This document shows, piece after piece, positions 20,558 through 30,440 of a stretch of 64,000 nucleotides of DNA (positions are counted from its first letter, which is position 1; each line of letters opens with the position of its first letter). The DNA is from Candidatus Latescibacterota bacterium (GTDB taxonomy: Bacteria; Latescibacterota; UBA2968; UBA8231): contig OY730476.1 of the NCBI GenBank assembly GCA_963422735.1, forward strand, positions 4,864,001 through 4,928,000, written 5' to 3'. The translations under genes and the position numbers were made by a program. The notes below the pieces were generated by a model, which was not told where the DNA came from, searched no databases, and saw only the letters and a list, made by a program, of their open reading frames with translations.

Positions 20558-23042
20558 CTACTCGCTCTGCAAGTCTTTAGTGAGGGGTTTCCTCATAAGG
20601 GCCACCGTGTGCAACAATACACCCGCACAGGCCGTGGCCGCTGCGGCCAAACTTTCCAATCCTAGGAACACCCACCCATCGTCTATCCGCTGCGAGAAAT
20701 GGTTTAGCCACTCTTCGATGCCCAAGTACGCCAAGGGTCCTATCAGTAGGCACCCAGCCAGCACCAGCCACAGCAACCGCCGCGCCAACAGGCTAGCCAC
20801 ATGCCGACCCTGTGCGCCCAAGGTCCGCATGAAGGCGATATTATGCCGCTGATGGGACACTGTGATCGCCGTCAGGCCATAGGCTCCCAGCGCAGCGATG
20901 AACACGGCCAAGAAGGCTGACCCGCATACGATCTGTAGCCAGATCAGGTCGTCTCGGTAGTACGCGGCCAAGTGGTCTTCGAGCCACGACAGATACAGCA
21001 CATCGTCGGGGGCTATGGCTTGCCACTCGCGCTCAATGTGCTCAAGCACCTCTTTGCCTGCCTTGGGGTCGAGGCGCACAAAGAGCAACTCGTGCTGATT
21101 CATAGAGGAGTCGAGCAAGAGCACACCCGGCTCTTCAGAGTTGCTTTTCAGCGAATAGAAGTAATAGTCGCTCAGTACGCCTACAACGCGGCCTTGTCCA
21201 TTGGGCATCTGACGGGCTAGGCGTTTCTCAAACTGCACGGTTTGGCCGATGGGTTGGTCCCATCCGGCTCGGGCGACAAAGGTCTCATTGACCAGAATGC
21301 CCGCTTGATCCGGCCCCAAATCCACGCCTTGTACGAGTTGGAGGCCGAGCGTCTCGACAAAATGCGGATCCACGCCTAGGCAACGCGCCTCGATGGTGTG
21401 GTCCTCACTGGGCAACATCGTCTTTTTTATCCAAGGTACTCCGCCCAATTCTTTCTCCAAGAAATGATCCTTACTCGTAGCCACCGACTTGATTCCACTA
21501 TGGGCGAGCAGTCGCTCCTTGAGTAGCTGCCGATGTCTGCTATCGATGTACTGCGGCAACTCCCTTATTCTGAGTACCAGCACTTCGGCGGGCACAAAGC
21601 CCAGATCGAATGCCTGCAAGTGGTGCAGTTGACGAACCATCACCAAGCTCGTGCCCGCCAGCCCAGCATAGGCGGCGAACTGCACCACCACTAAGGCACT
21701 GCCTAGCGCCGACCGGCGGCTGAGCAGACTGTCGCCACGCACCGCCTCGCTGGGGTTGGTCCGCGCTAGAATCAAGCCGGGGTACGCAGCGGCCAACAGG
21801 CTGGTGAGCACTAACAGGACCAGCTCGCCAACGATAAAGTGGATTGGTATAGTTGAGACGCGGGTCTTGACCCAGCACCGCGTTGAACGCCGGCAGCAGG
21901 GCTTCGCCGAGGGCCAAGCCTATCACCAGCGATACGCTACACACCACTACCGTTTCCATCCAGAACTGCACCGGCAGTTGCCAGCGCGTGGCACCGAGGG
22001 CGACGCGCACCCCGACTTCTAGTCCACGTGTACTCGCCTGAGCCGTAGCCAGGTTGACGTAATTGACCACGGCTACGGCCAGCAGGAGCAAGGCGATAGC
22101 CAAGACGATATAGGTTTCCAACGGGTCGTGCGGCGGGGCGATACTTTCGTATCCTTTCCACTGCGTCACGTCGGTGTCCGTGCGCAGGGCCGACAGGGGT
22201 TGCAATTCCACCTTAAAATCCACCCCACGGGCTGCCTCGTCGCTGAAATCGGGTGCGTTTTCAAGCACCAACTGCCGCATCAGTTCTTCGGCTTGCTTCA
22301 AATCGCCATCGTTGGCGTCCTCCCGCAACTGGACGAATAGGACACTGTCTCGATCCCAAAAGTCATCAATCCAGCGCCATAGGAACTCCGAGTTGTGAAA
22401 GGGCAACAGTATGTTCAACTGGATCGACGAGTTCGCCGGCGGCGGGGCGACCACTGCTTGGATGGTGTATTCCTTGTGCTCGGATTTGGGCCATGCCACA
22501 TCGATCTGTACTATCCGACCCACCGCTGGCTCGTCGCCGAAGTAGCGGCGGGCGAAATCGCTGCTGACGACGATGCCGTCCTTTACCCCTAGAGCCGTCC
22601 GCGGATTGCCTACTTCAAGGGGGAAGGTGAACACCTTGAAGAAATTCTCGTCAACCAGTAAAAACGGCTCGTCGTTCCACGTATCGCCCGATCGGACGCG
22701 GATCCGCTGACCTTCCAATGACGCGTCGCGACTGGAAACCAACCGGACCGTTTCTTCAACTTGGGGCACGGCGTTCTGGATAGCCTCGGCCATGGCGACC
22801 GGAGTGTGATCCCCCATTTTCCTACTATCATAGCCCGGGGCTTTGGCGTTGAACACCACTCGGTATAGGTGAGCCCCGTTCTCGTGGAAGCTATCGTAGC
22901 TCCACTCGCGCGATACCAGCGCGTAAGTTAGAATGCAGAAGCCAAACGCCAGCGACAGACTGCCCACTTCAATGACGCTCAGCAGCTTGTGCCGTCGCAG
23001 GATGCGCACGGCGATCTGCAAGTAATTACCAATCATTCTCAT
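20558..23042 (-). pseudogene. Double-domain MacB/FtsX ABC permease, frameshifted near 21840
   Basis: MRMIGNYLQIAVR, EWSYDSFHEN, NYVNLATAQASTRGLEVGVR, second half AAAYPG...LVVVQF. Confidence 0.88.
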
Positions 23043-23188
23043 GGTGCTTGCTCCTGTCGTATATCTACTTTCCTTACTAGCATCGCTGTAATCATACCGA
23101 GGAGACGAAGGGGCTTGGTTGGTTTGAGAGAGCTTAGCCAATACGGCTAGTTAGGTGGACCTATCCTCGGTCCGTTTATGGGACACGG

Positions 23189-23365
23189 CTAGTCGGGATC
23201 GCAGCATTTCCCTGTCGTGTATATGCAGGTGTACGTTCCACTGAACAGCCCTTCCTGTATCCAGCGGCTGGAGTAGTTGGACCGCTGCTCTGGCGTACAC
23301 TCGGCGTGATAACCGAAAACGACCTTCCGGTTGTGCTTCCGGTTTCTCTTCGTCAGCTTTTTCAT
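23189..23365 (-). CDS. 58-aa small peptide, putative RiPP/bacteriocin-like precursor
   Basis: Strong RBS AAGGAGGTG before ATG; MKKLTKRNRKHNRKVVFGY leader-like part and a 4-Cys core; first ORF behind a sigma54 promoter. Confidence 0.72.
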   Translation of the reverse strand: MKKLTKRNRKHNRKVVFGYHAECTPEQRSNYSSRWIQEGLFSGTYTCIYTTGKCCDPD

Positions 23366-23519
23366 AATGCACCTCCTTCTTCGGAGAAGTAGGCCCCTCG
23401 GTCTCCTCAGCATGATGCCCAACAGTTGGTCTAATTTTTCGCCTCCTTTCCGACAAGTTAGATATCTGAAGCATATCTCTTTCGGCCTTATCTTGTCATG
23501 GCCTTTCATCCAGAAGAAA

Positions 23520-23535
23520 TGCAAGATGTGTGCCA
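23520..23535 (-). promoter_or_regulatory. Sigma54 -24/-12 promoter for the peptide-MacB operon
   Basis: Minus strand TGGCACACATCTTGCA (GG-N10-GC). Confidence 0.88.
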
Positions 23536-23602
23536 TATTACTTAACCTATTGAGAGACAATAAGATGAGTCGAATCGACTTCCTCAATCGTCCCATGATC
23601 AC

Positions 23603-23639
23603 TGTCCGCTGGTGATACACAGGTGTCCGTTGACGAACA
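23603..23639. promoter_or_regulatory. Tandem enhancer (bEBP UAS) sites, second copy
   Basis: TGTCCGCTGGTGATACA (identical to 13973) and TGTCCGTTGACGAACA, 21 bp apart. Confidence 0.75.
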
Positions 23640-23747
23640 CTCGCTATGCTCACTTGACGAAAACCAGCACGCCCCAATACCTCGCTTAGACCTAATACGC
23701 AGACGCCCCCGTGCTCCGAGATGCGTTTCAATCGCGATTTCATGGCA

Positions 23748-24029
23748 CTATACCGAGATGGCCCTCGATACGAATTCTGCTAGGGATCGCAAGCTACTCA
23801 GCACTTCGGGGTTGAGGTCGTCGTCGTCAAACTCAAAGCCGAATCGCTCTTCTATTTCCTGCACATACGTCAGAATTTCAGCCGAATCCATCCCGAGGTT
23901 GCCGTCGAGCAGAGCTTCGTCTAAGTCGATCAAATCCGGATCTATATCCATCTCCGTCACCTCTAAGAGCAGCACCCGTAACTCGTATAGGATGCGTTCC
24001 ATTTGACTCTCTTCGAATTGTATCGCCAT
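23748..24029 (-). CDS. Acyl carrier protein
   Basis: Acidic 93 aa, LGMDSAE phosphopantetheine Ser, IEERFGFEF; AGGAGG RBS. Confidence 0.88.
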   Translation of the reverse strand: MAIQFEESQMERILYELRVLLLEVTEMDIDPDLIDLDEALLDGNLGMDSAEILTYVQEIEERFGFEFDDDDLNPEVLSSLRSLAEFVSRAISV

Positions 24030-24075
24030 TGTCTGTTTCCTCCTACTAGTATGGCCGCGCCTCAGCCTAAATGGC

Positions 24076-25821
24076 TTATCCCGCAGCCGCCGCGAAGTGT
24101 CTGCGACCTTGTATCTCCTCTTTCTCGTTCGGAGCAAAAAACTGCCGAAAGTACTTCCCCTTTCTCTTCATTTCTGACGGAGTACCCTCTTCAACTACCC
24201 TTCCGTTCTCAATGCAGAAAACCCAGTCCATTCTTTCTATGACTTCTGCGTTGTGGCTTACTACTATAGTGAACATGTTTTTTCGGGTTTCCAGCAGTTC
24301 TAAAACCGATTCCTCCATCTGCCCATCTACCATCGAAGTGCCCTCGTCTATGACTAGGATATCGGGGTCAGACATCAGCGCTCTCGCTATGCACACCCTC
24401 TGCCGTTGCCCGCCCGACAACCACGCCCCATTATCACCTATTGTCGCGCCTCTAGCCCTCTCGGTGACGAGTTTGGGTATCCTAAGAGAGCACAGTATTC
24501 TATCTGGACAGGCGACCTCCCCTCGTTTCCCGTAAAACACGTTCTCCAATACGGACCTGTTGAAAAGCAACGTTTCCTGCGGCACCATGCCGATATTTAG
24601 CTCCTTCAACCTCGTACTGTTTTTGCCAACCGCCCCATGGACGGCTATCTCTCCGTCCATGGGATCCAAAAGCCCACACACTATATTGACCAAAGTCGTC
24701 TTTCCGCTCCCGTTCTCGCCCACGAGCGCATAGCGTAGGCCTCGTTCGAGGTCGAGATCAATGTCGTGTAGCACCAACTCTCCGTGATAGCCTGCTGAGA
24801 TTTTCTCATTGTTATCCGCGAGCACTCGGGCCGAATTCGTCTTTCTCCAGCTAGCTCTATAGTGCCTTTTCGATGCAGGTTTTCCAGTTCCTCGATCCGC
24901 TTTAACGAGACGCTGCCCTCTACCAAGGTCGTATATACTTCCCCTAATTTTTTAATAGGTTCCACGAGCCAGTTGATGTACTGGCCAAATGCAACAAGGG
25001 ATCCGATGGTCATCTCCCCGCCTAGCACATCATGGGCACCGACGAGTAGGACCAAGATCGGTCCTAAGCCGAGGAGAAACGAGGAGCAGGAATGTCTGGT
25101 AGAGCTAAAAACCGTGCGCTTTACCTCGAGATCTCCGAGATCACCTACTTCTTTTTTGATACCCTTGCTGGTATTGGCCCCTTGGGCAAAGGCTTGCACT
25201 ACCTTCAAGTTTTGGTAAGTCTCCACGAAACAGGCTGTGAGGCGACTTCTGCGCTCGGTGGCCATTTGGGTGTATTCTAAGAGCTTGGCTTGGGTAAATT
25301 TTGCTATTGCATAAAAAAAAGGGAGTCCAACCACGCAGATAAAGAACAGCTTCAGATTCATCCATCCCAGAATGCCCACAATAATCGCCAATCGCAACCC
25401 ATTTCTTACTACATTTAACAACGTTTGGGTCAGGACCTTCTGAACATTGCCGCAGTCTGTCATCGTCCGGTACGAAAGGTCAGCGGCGTTAAAGTCGCGT
25501 AGATTGAAGTACGGTATCTCTATTTTTTTTTGCGAGTTCGCCGCGCAACTTCAGCATGATGTTTCTGCCAATATGGGCACTCAGCAGGCGAGAGAGTACG
25601 GATAGCACCAACCGCACTACCATCAGACCGAACATGCAGAATACGATCCAGACCAGTAGCTCGCCATTGCGCTCTAGAAGTACCTTGTCAATCAGCGCCT
25701 TGGTTAATAGAGGCGAAACGAGTACCGCTGCTATAGACATGCAACTGAGGGTCAAGGCCAAGAGCTGGAGCTGCCACTCCCAGCCGATGTACTTGAAGTA
25801 CGGGGTTAGCACGCTGAGCAA
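24076..25821 (-). pseudogene. ABC exporter permease/ATPase with two frameshifts (A9 run at 25523-25531 and near 24803)
   Basis: Three overlapping ORFs give a TM domain, GENGSGKT, LSGGQRQR and DEGTS. Confidence 0.88.
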
Positions 25822-25908
25822 GTTCGCGTTTTTCTTAAACTTTATGGCATAGCCCCGTGTGGTACTTCTTTCACCAATCGCACACTATTATCGTGCGGGT
25901 TGTAGCAG

Positions 25909-26829
25909 TCAGATCCGTTCTGAGGCGGGGCAGGATGAGATACCAGAGAAAGTCTTATACGTAAAAAGCTCAAATAATATCCCACACAGCGCATAATGGT
26001 CCGTTTCTTGGGTGAATTGATCAAACCGCAAAATCTGCTCAACAGGCGCATAGGCAGGACTGAACTTCCCCGTTTTGTACTCTTTCTCCGCTGGGTGGGG
26101 ATCTCCAGCCGTTACCGTCGTCTCGAAATCGACAAGCGTTACCCCTAGCTCGCTCAGACCAACAGAAAACGGATTTCGTGGACACACCATGACATTGCCG
26201 GGGTTAAGATCGAGAAAGACCTTGCCCTTAGCGTGTAACAAGCGGAGAGCCTCCGTCAGCTTGGCCGCTACCCACAACTTCATATCGAGGGTCAGTTCTT
26301 GCGGATACTGGTCTCTGCTAGGTATCAGATAGAACTTATGCAGGGACTTGCCTTCGACGAATTCGTACACGTAATACTGGATCTTGTAGCGAGTAGGGAC
26401 TATGCCTTTGCAATAGTACTTAACCGCCACCCCCTTTTCGACGGGTTTCGCGAAACTTTCGTGTTCCAAGTCTCGGGCGACATTGAACTCATTGTCGCAA
26501 AAGGCCCTGTCGGCCAGCCGAGTCCGCGAACCTACTCTGTCCCCACTTTCTGTCTCTATATCGCCTAGGAGGCCGATATCTTGGCCCGGCAGGACGTATT
26601 TTACGAATACCTGCTTTCCCGTCAGGATATCTCGGGCCGCGAGGATATTAGAACGGCTTGGAGAAGGCCGCTCGGGAGAGAGCCTGTATTTCCCGATCCG
26701 GCGAATTGGACGCCTCCTTGCTGGCACGACTCTCGGCTCGAGGACGCAGATAGGCATGCTGCGGAAAATCCACTTTGCACATTGGCGGATGTACCTGCTG
26801 ATTTCCATGTTAGCCTCCTCTATGGGCAA
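25909..26829 (-). CDS. Ser/Thr protein kinase domain protein (possibly C-terminally truncated)
   Basis: VFVK, NEF, HAKGKVFLDLNPGNVMV, LVDFE, YAPVEQ, DHYALCGILFELFT. Confidence 0.8.
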   Translation of the reverse strand: MPIEEANMEISRYIRQCAKWIFRSMPICVLEPRVVPARRRPIRRIGKYRLSPERPSPSRSNILAARDILTGKQVFVKYVLPGQDIGLLGDIETESGDRVGSRTRLADRAFCDNEFNVARDLEHESFAKPVEKGVAVKYYCKGIVPTRYKIQYYVYEFVEGKSLHKFYLIPSRDQYPQELTLDMKLWVAAKLTEALRLLHAKGKVFLDLNPGNVMVCPRNPFSVGLSELGVTLVDFETTVTAGDPHPAEKEYKTGKFSPAYAPVEQILRFDQFTQETDHYALCGILFELFTYKTFSGISSCPASERI

Positions 26830-26855
26830 TCGCAGTAAGTTCTTGCGTGCATCCG

Positions 26856-27536
26856 TTAGCGCGACGCATCAGCGACCACTCTTTTCGATGCACAGCCAGC
26901 CAAGAAACGGCGACGGCTCTCCTCTAGATCGTCGGCGTCTTGCTCGACCATCAAATCGCCGATGTACCCCGAACTATCGACGCAGAGCATGACACCATAG
27001 ATTTCCCTCGATCCGAGCAATTGTAGTAACGATTCCGGCACGTGCTTCTTTTCTACCGTGACAGGTTTTCTTTTCGGAGCGTACGAGTTGCTTATTTCGA
27101 GCACCTTGATCAGGCTCTCTTCCCCTTCAAATGCGCCGATGTAGAGTGGCTCGTTCCCAATCCCCATATCGCTTTGCCCCGCGTACCAGTATCCAAACAT
27201 ATCGGCATAACAAGCACTGCATTTCGCCTTGTCGTCGAATAGCATAATTATATCGCCGTCTCGCTGGATAAAATCTCCTAGGCGAACTACCTCTATTCCC
27301 TGTCGAATAGGCAACTCGCCCAAAGCTAGTCCCAGTACCTGCTCGCCCGCGATTGCTAAGGCGACTTCCCTCTTTAACCCCTCAATCTCGTGCCGGCGCT
27401 CGTCCCTACCTTGGTTCTTGCCAACGAAGAAAGACATCCCTATGGCCAAGGTCGCTAGCAGCACAACGGCCAACCGTCTGATATGTCTCATAACTCGCTC
27501 CTTGTTGTTAGAATTAACCATTGTTCGCGATCCCAA
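26856..27536 (-). CDS. Membrane-anchored hypothetical protein with CxxC (thioredoxin-like?)
   Basis: N-terminal TM LAVVLLATLAIGMSFFVG, CSAC motif; start uncertain. Confidence 0.55.
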   Translation of the reverse strand: MGSRTMVNSNNKERVMRHIRRLAVVLLATLAIGMSFFVGKNQGRDERRHEIEGLKREVALAIAGEQVLGLALGELPIRQGIEVVRLGDFIQRDGDIIMLFDDKAKCSACYADMFGYWYAGQSDMGIGNEPLYIGAFEGEESLIKVLEISNSYAPKRKPVTVEKKHVPESLLQLLGSREIYGVMLCVDSSGYIGDLMVEQDADDLEESRRRFLAGCASKRVVADASR

Positions 27537-27545
27537 ATCGCACTG

Positions 27546-27810
27546 TTAGGCATCCGAGACTGCGATTCTGTACACCTTTACGACTGGATCGGCTAGGTTG
27601 CCAGAATCGTCGATGTAGGGCTTTTGCCGCATATAGAGCAGACCTTCGTCAGCAATGCCTACCAACCAGCCATAATCGGGATCAATGCGGCCGATTCGTC
27701 TGAATTGGTCGTCATATACCAGATAATAGCCGAATCCCTCACCTTCCTCCTTCATCTCTTCAGTCTCAGGAGCCACGACGAGTACGAATTACCTTCCCGA
27801 CAGGCCCGTC
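27546..27810 (-). pseudogene. C-terminal fragment of a beta-propeller-like hypothetical protein
   Basis: YYLVYDDQFRRIGRI...LVGIADEGLLY...DPVVKVYRI beta-strand pattern; cut off by the enhancer copy. Confidence 0.4.
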
Positions 27811-27815
27811 GCTAC

Positions 27816-27892
27816 TGTCCGCTGATGATACAGAGGTGTCCGCTGGCGTACACCGGAGAGCGGCTTCTGCGTCTGCTGAGGCTGTCCGCCAT
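27816..27892. repeat. Third enhancer copy plus a decayed copy of the response-regulator 5' end
   Basis: TGTCCGCTGATGATACA / TGTCCGCTGGCGTACA followed by ccggagagcggcttctgcgtctgctgaggc, similar to ccggagagcagctcccATGtctgctgaggc at 28836-28865. Confidence 0.8.
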
Positions 27893-28027
27893 TATCGGTC
27901 GCGTACGCCCACAGCCGCGCGCCCTAGGCTCTATGGGATGTGTACGCCAACACTCTGAACAGGAGACAACACCCTGCTAGATTTATTGACTTTAGGGTAC
28001 GGACTGGTTATCAGTCTATCAGACAGA

Positions 28028-28096
28028 ATGAGTCGAATTGCCATCCTCGCCGGCCCAGTGCTACTATCCGCTGGTGATACCCTACCGTCCGCTGGC
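28028..28096. repeat. Fourth, partial copy of the promoter/enhancer cassette
   Basis: atgagtcgaat...tatccgctggtgatac..cgtccgctggc aligns with 23565-23635. Confidence 0.7.
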
Positions 28097-28181
28097 TTTG
28101 GAGGATGGTTAGCGAGAGCTAATGCCCGGATATGATGTTGCTAATGAACCGGAACTACTATATCGTATCAGGATATCGCGG

Positions 28182-28346
28182 GTGAGGCATCCAAAGAAGG
28201 AAATTGAGGAGGTGCTAGTAAGCGCAGAATCGGTAGGATGGACGGTCACGACTACAAAATCTGGTCATCGGTGGGGTGTGATGCGATGTGCGGAATCCAG
28301 TCGTCCAGGATGTCAGTACTCTATCTGGTCCACACTTGGTGCGTAA
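28182..28346 (+). pseudogene. HicA-like small toxin, truncated
   Basis: RHPKKEIEEVL..AESVGW...GHRWG..RC....C..SIWST. Confidence 0.6.
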
Positions 28347-28383
28347 ATGCCCGCACAGGAGTAAGCCGTAAGGAGAACGCGAG

Positions 28384-28728
28384 ATGCAAATCTACCACTT
28401 TACGCCGATTGTCGAGGGGCCCGACATGCAGGATGAGGTCGTGATCGATGCGCTCTTCGAGAATGGCTGTGACGACGGAACGGTCGGCCGATCAGATGAT
28501 GTTCAGTTTATCGTTTTCGACCGCGAAGCGGCGAGTCTTGTCGAGGCGGTGCGGTCGGCGATCGACGACATTGAGCTAAAGGTCGTTCAGACTGCCGGCA
28601 CCGACTTGACTTCCAGTTGCGGCCTTACGGATCGCATCGAAGCAGAGCATTCCGAGATACATCGGTTCATAGCATCTACTAATGCGACCAGCGAAAAAAA
28701 GACGACCGGTGCCTCTGTGGAACACTAG
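28384..28728 (+). CDS. Putative cognate antitoxin / DNA-binding protein, degenerate C-terminus
   Basis: DALFENGCDD...FDREAASLVEAVRSAIDDIE, typical partner of the upstream ORF. Confidence 0.6.
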   Translation: MQIYHFTPIVEGPDMQDEVVIDALFENGCDDGTVGRSDDVQFIVFDREAASLVEAVRSAIDDIELKVVQTAGTDLTSSCGLTDRIEAEHSEIHRFIASTNATSEKKTTGASVEH

Positions 28729-28851
28729 GCCGAGTTCAAGCCTTCGACCGGGCCGATCTATTGTACAAATCTGTCAATCGCAGCGAACGAATCAACTCCT
28801 TAGCCGGCCCAGCACTACGGCCTGTCGGCGATATACCGGAGAGCAGCTCCC

Positions 28852-30227
28852 ATGTCTGCTGAGGCCGCCCGCATCCTCGTCGTGGACGACGACCAAGACA
28901 TCCTCGTCGCCGTACGCTTGCTCCTCAAGCAGCAGGGCTACCAAGTCCGCACCGAGACCGATCCCCAGGCCATTCCGAGTGCCCTCAAGCAGGAGTCGCC
29001 GGCAGTCGTCCTCCTCGACATGAACTTCACTCAAGAGGCAACCAGCGGCCGGGAGGGCTTCTACTGGCTCCAGCAAGTTCGCGAGCTGGACCCGACCGCC
29101 GTCGTCTTGCTGATCACCGCATACGGCGATGTCGAGATGGCCGTGCGCGCCATCAAGGAGGGGGCCGTCGATTTTGTGCTCAAACCCTGGCAAAACGAGA
29201 AGCTGCTGGCCACGCTGTCCGCGGCCATGGAATTGCACCGCTCGCGCCGGGAAGCCCACCGCCTGCGCTCCCGCCAGCAGCGGCTGTCCGCGGACCTCGA
29301 CCAGCCCTTTGGCGACCTCATCGGCGAGGCCCCAGTCCTACAGGAGGTTTTCCAGGCGACGGTCAAGGTGGCCGCCACCGACGCCAGCGTCCTCATCCTC
29401 GGCGAGAACGGCACGGGCAAAGAGCTGGTGGCGCGCGAGATACACCGCCGCTCGGCGCGCACCGGCGAAGTCTTCATCGCCGTCGATATGGGATCCCTGA
29501 GCGAGACCCTGTTTGAGAGCGAACTCTTCGGCCACGTCAAAGGGGCCTTCACCGACGCCCGCAGCGACCGCGCTGGCCGCTTTGAAATTGCCTCCGGGGG
29601 CACCCTGTTCCTCGACGAGATTGGCAACCTGCCCCTAGCCTTGCAAGTCAAGCTGCTCGCGGCCCTGCAAAACCAGCAGGTCGTCCGCGTCGGTGCCAAC
29701 CAACCCGTGCCCGTGGATGTGCGCCTTATATGCGCCACCAACCAACCCATCCACGAAATGGCCACAGCCGGCACCTTCCGCCAAGACCTCCTCTACCGCA
29801 TCAACACCGTGGAAATCCACCTGCCCCCCTGCGCGAGCGCCCCGAGGATATCGCGCTGTTGGCGCGTCACTTCCTCGACTTATACCGGACCAAGTACCGC
29901 AAGGCCCTGACCGGCCTGGCCGCCGAGACCCTCGCCCACTTGCGCGCATACGCTTGGCCGGGCAATGTGCGAGAATTGCAGCACGCAGTGGAGCGCGCCG
30001 TCATCATGAGCGAAGGGAACCGACTGACTGCCGACGATTTTCCCCTGACCGCGGCCCCAGCGTCTGGAGAAGCTATCGGCTTTGACAGCTATAACCTCGA
30101 AGACGTTGAGCGCGAGGTCATCGCTCGGGTGCTGCACAAGCGGCAAGGCAACGTCAGCCAAACCGCACGGGAACTCGGACTGACTCGCACGGCCCCCTAC
30201 CGCCGCATGGAGAAATATGGACTGTGA
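28852..30227 (+). pseudogene. Sigma54-dependent NtrC-family response regulator, frameshifted in the C6 run at 29824-29829
   Basis: Receiver VVDDD/LLDMNF/KP, GENGTGKE, GAFTDA, FLDEIG, WPGNVREL, Fis-type HTH. Confidence 0.92.
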
Positions 30228-30440
30228 GAAGCCTTCCCGGTGGGAAGCAACAGCCCTTGGAGGTAGAAATCGCACGTCCGAACTTTTTAGCGGAACTCGC
30301 CCTCTTTCTATTCGGCAGATCGGGGCATTGAGAGTACATTTGGGCATTCCAGCGGATTTACTGCTGGGCCTTTCAGCGTAATCAACGGCTGCAACTCGAA
30401 AATCCCGCACAGTCCTCTACCGCCGCATGGAGAAATATGG
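30197..30440 (+). repeat. 24-bp direct repeat (30197-30220 and 30417-30440) duplicating the regulator 3' end
   Basis: CTACCGCCGCATGGAGAAATATGG present twice, 220 bp apart. Confidence 0.93.
30256..30381 (+). pseudogene. HigA-type HTH antitoxin C-terminal relic
   Basis: Manual translation LGGRNRTSELFSGTRPLSIRQIGALRVHLGIPADLLL. Confidence 0.7.

Noticed and set aside
23189-23743. 184-aa ORF from the track
   Set aside because: Its 5' part spans the sigma54 promoter and enhancer; the RBS supports a start at 23365
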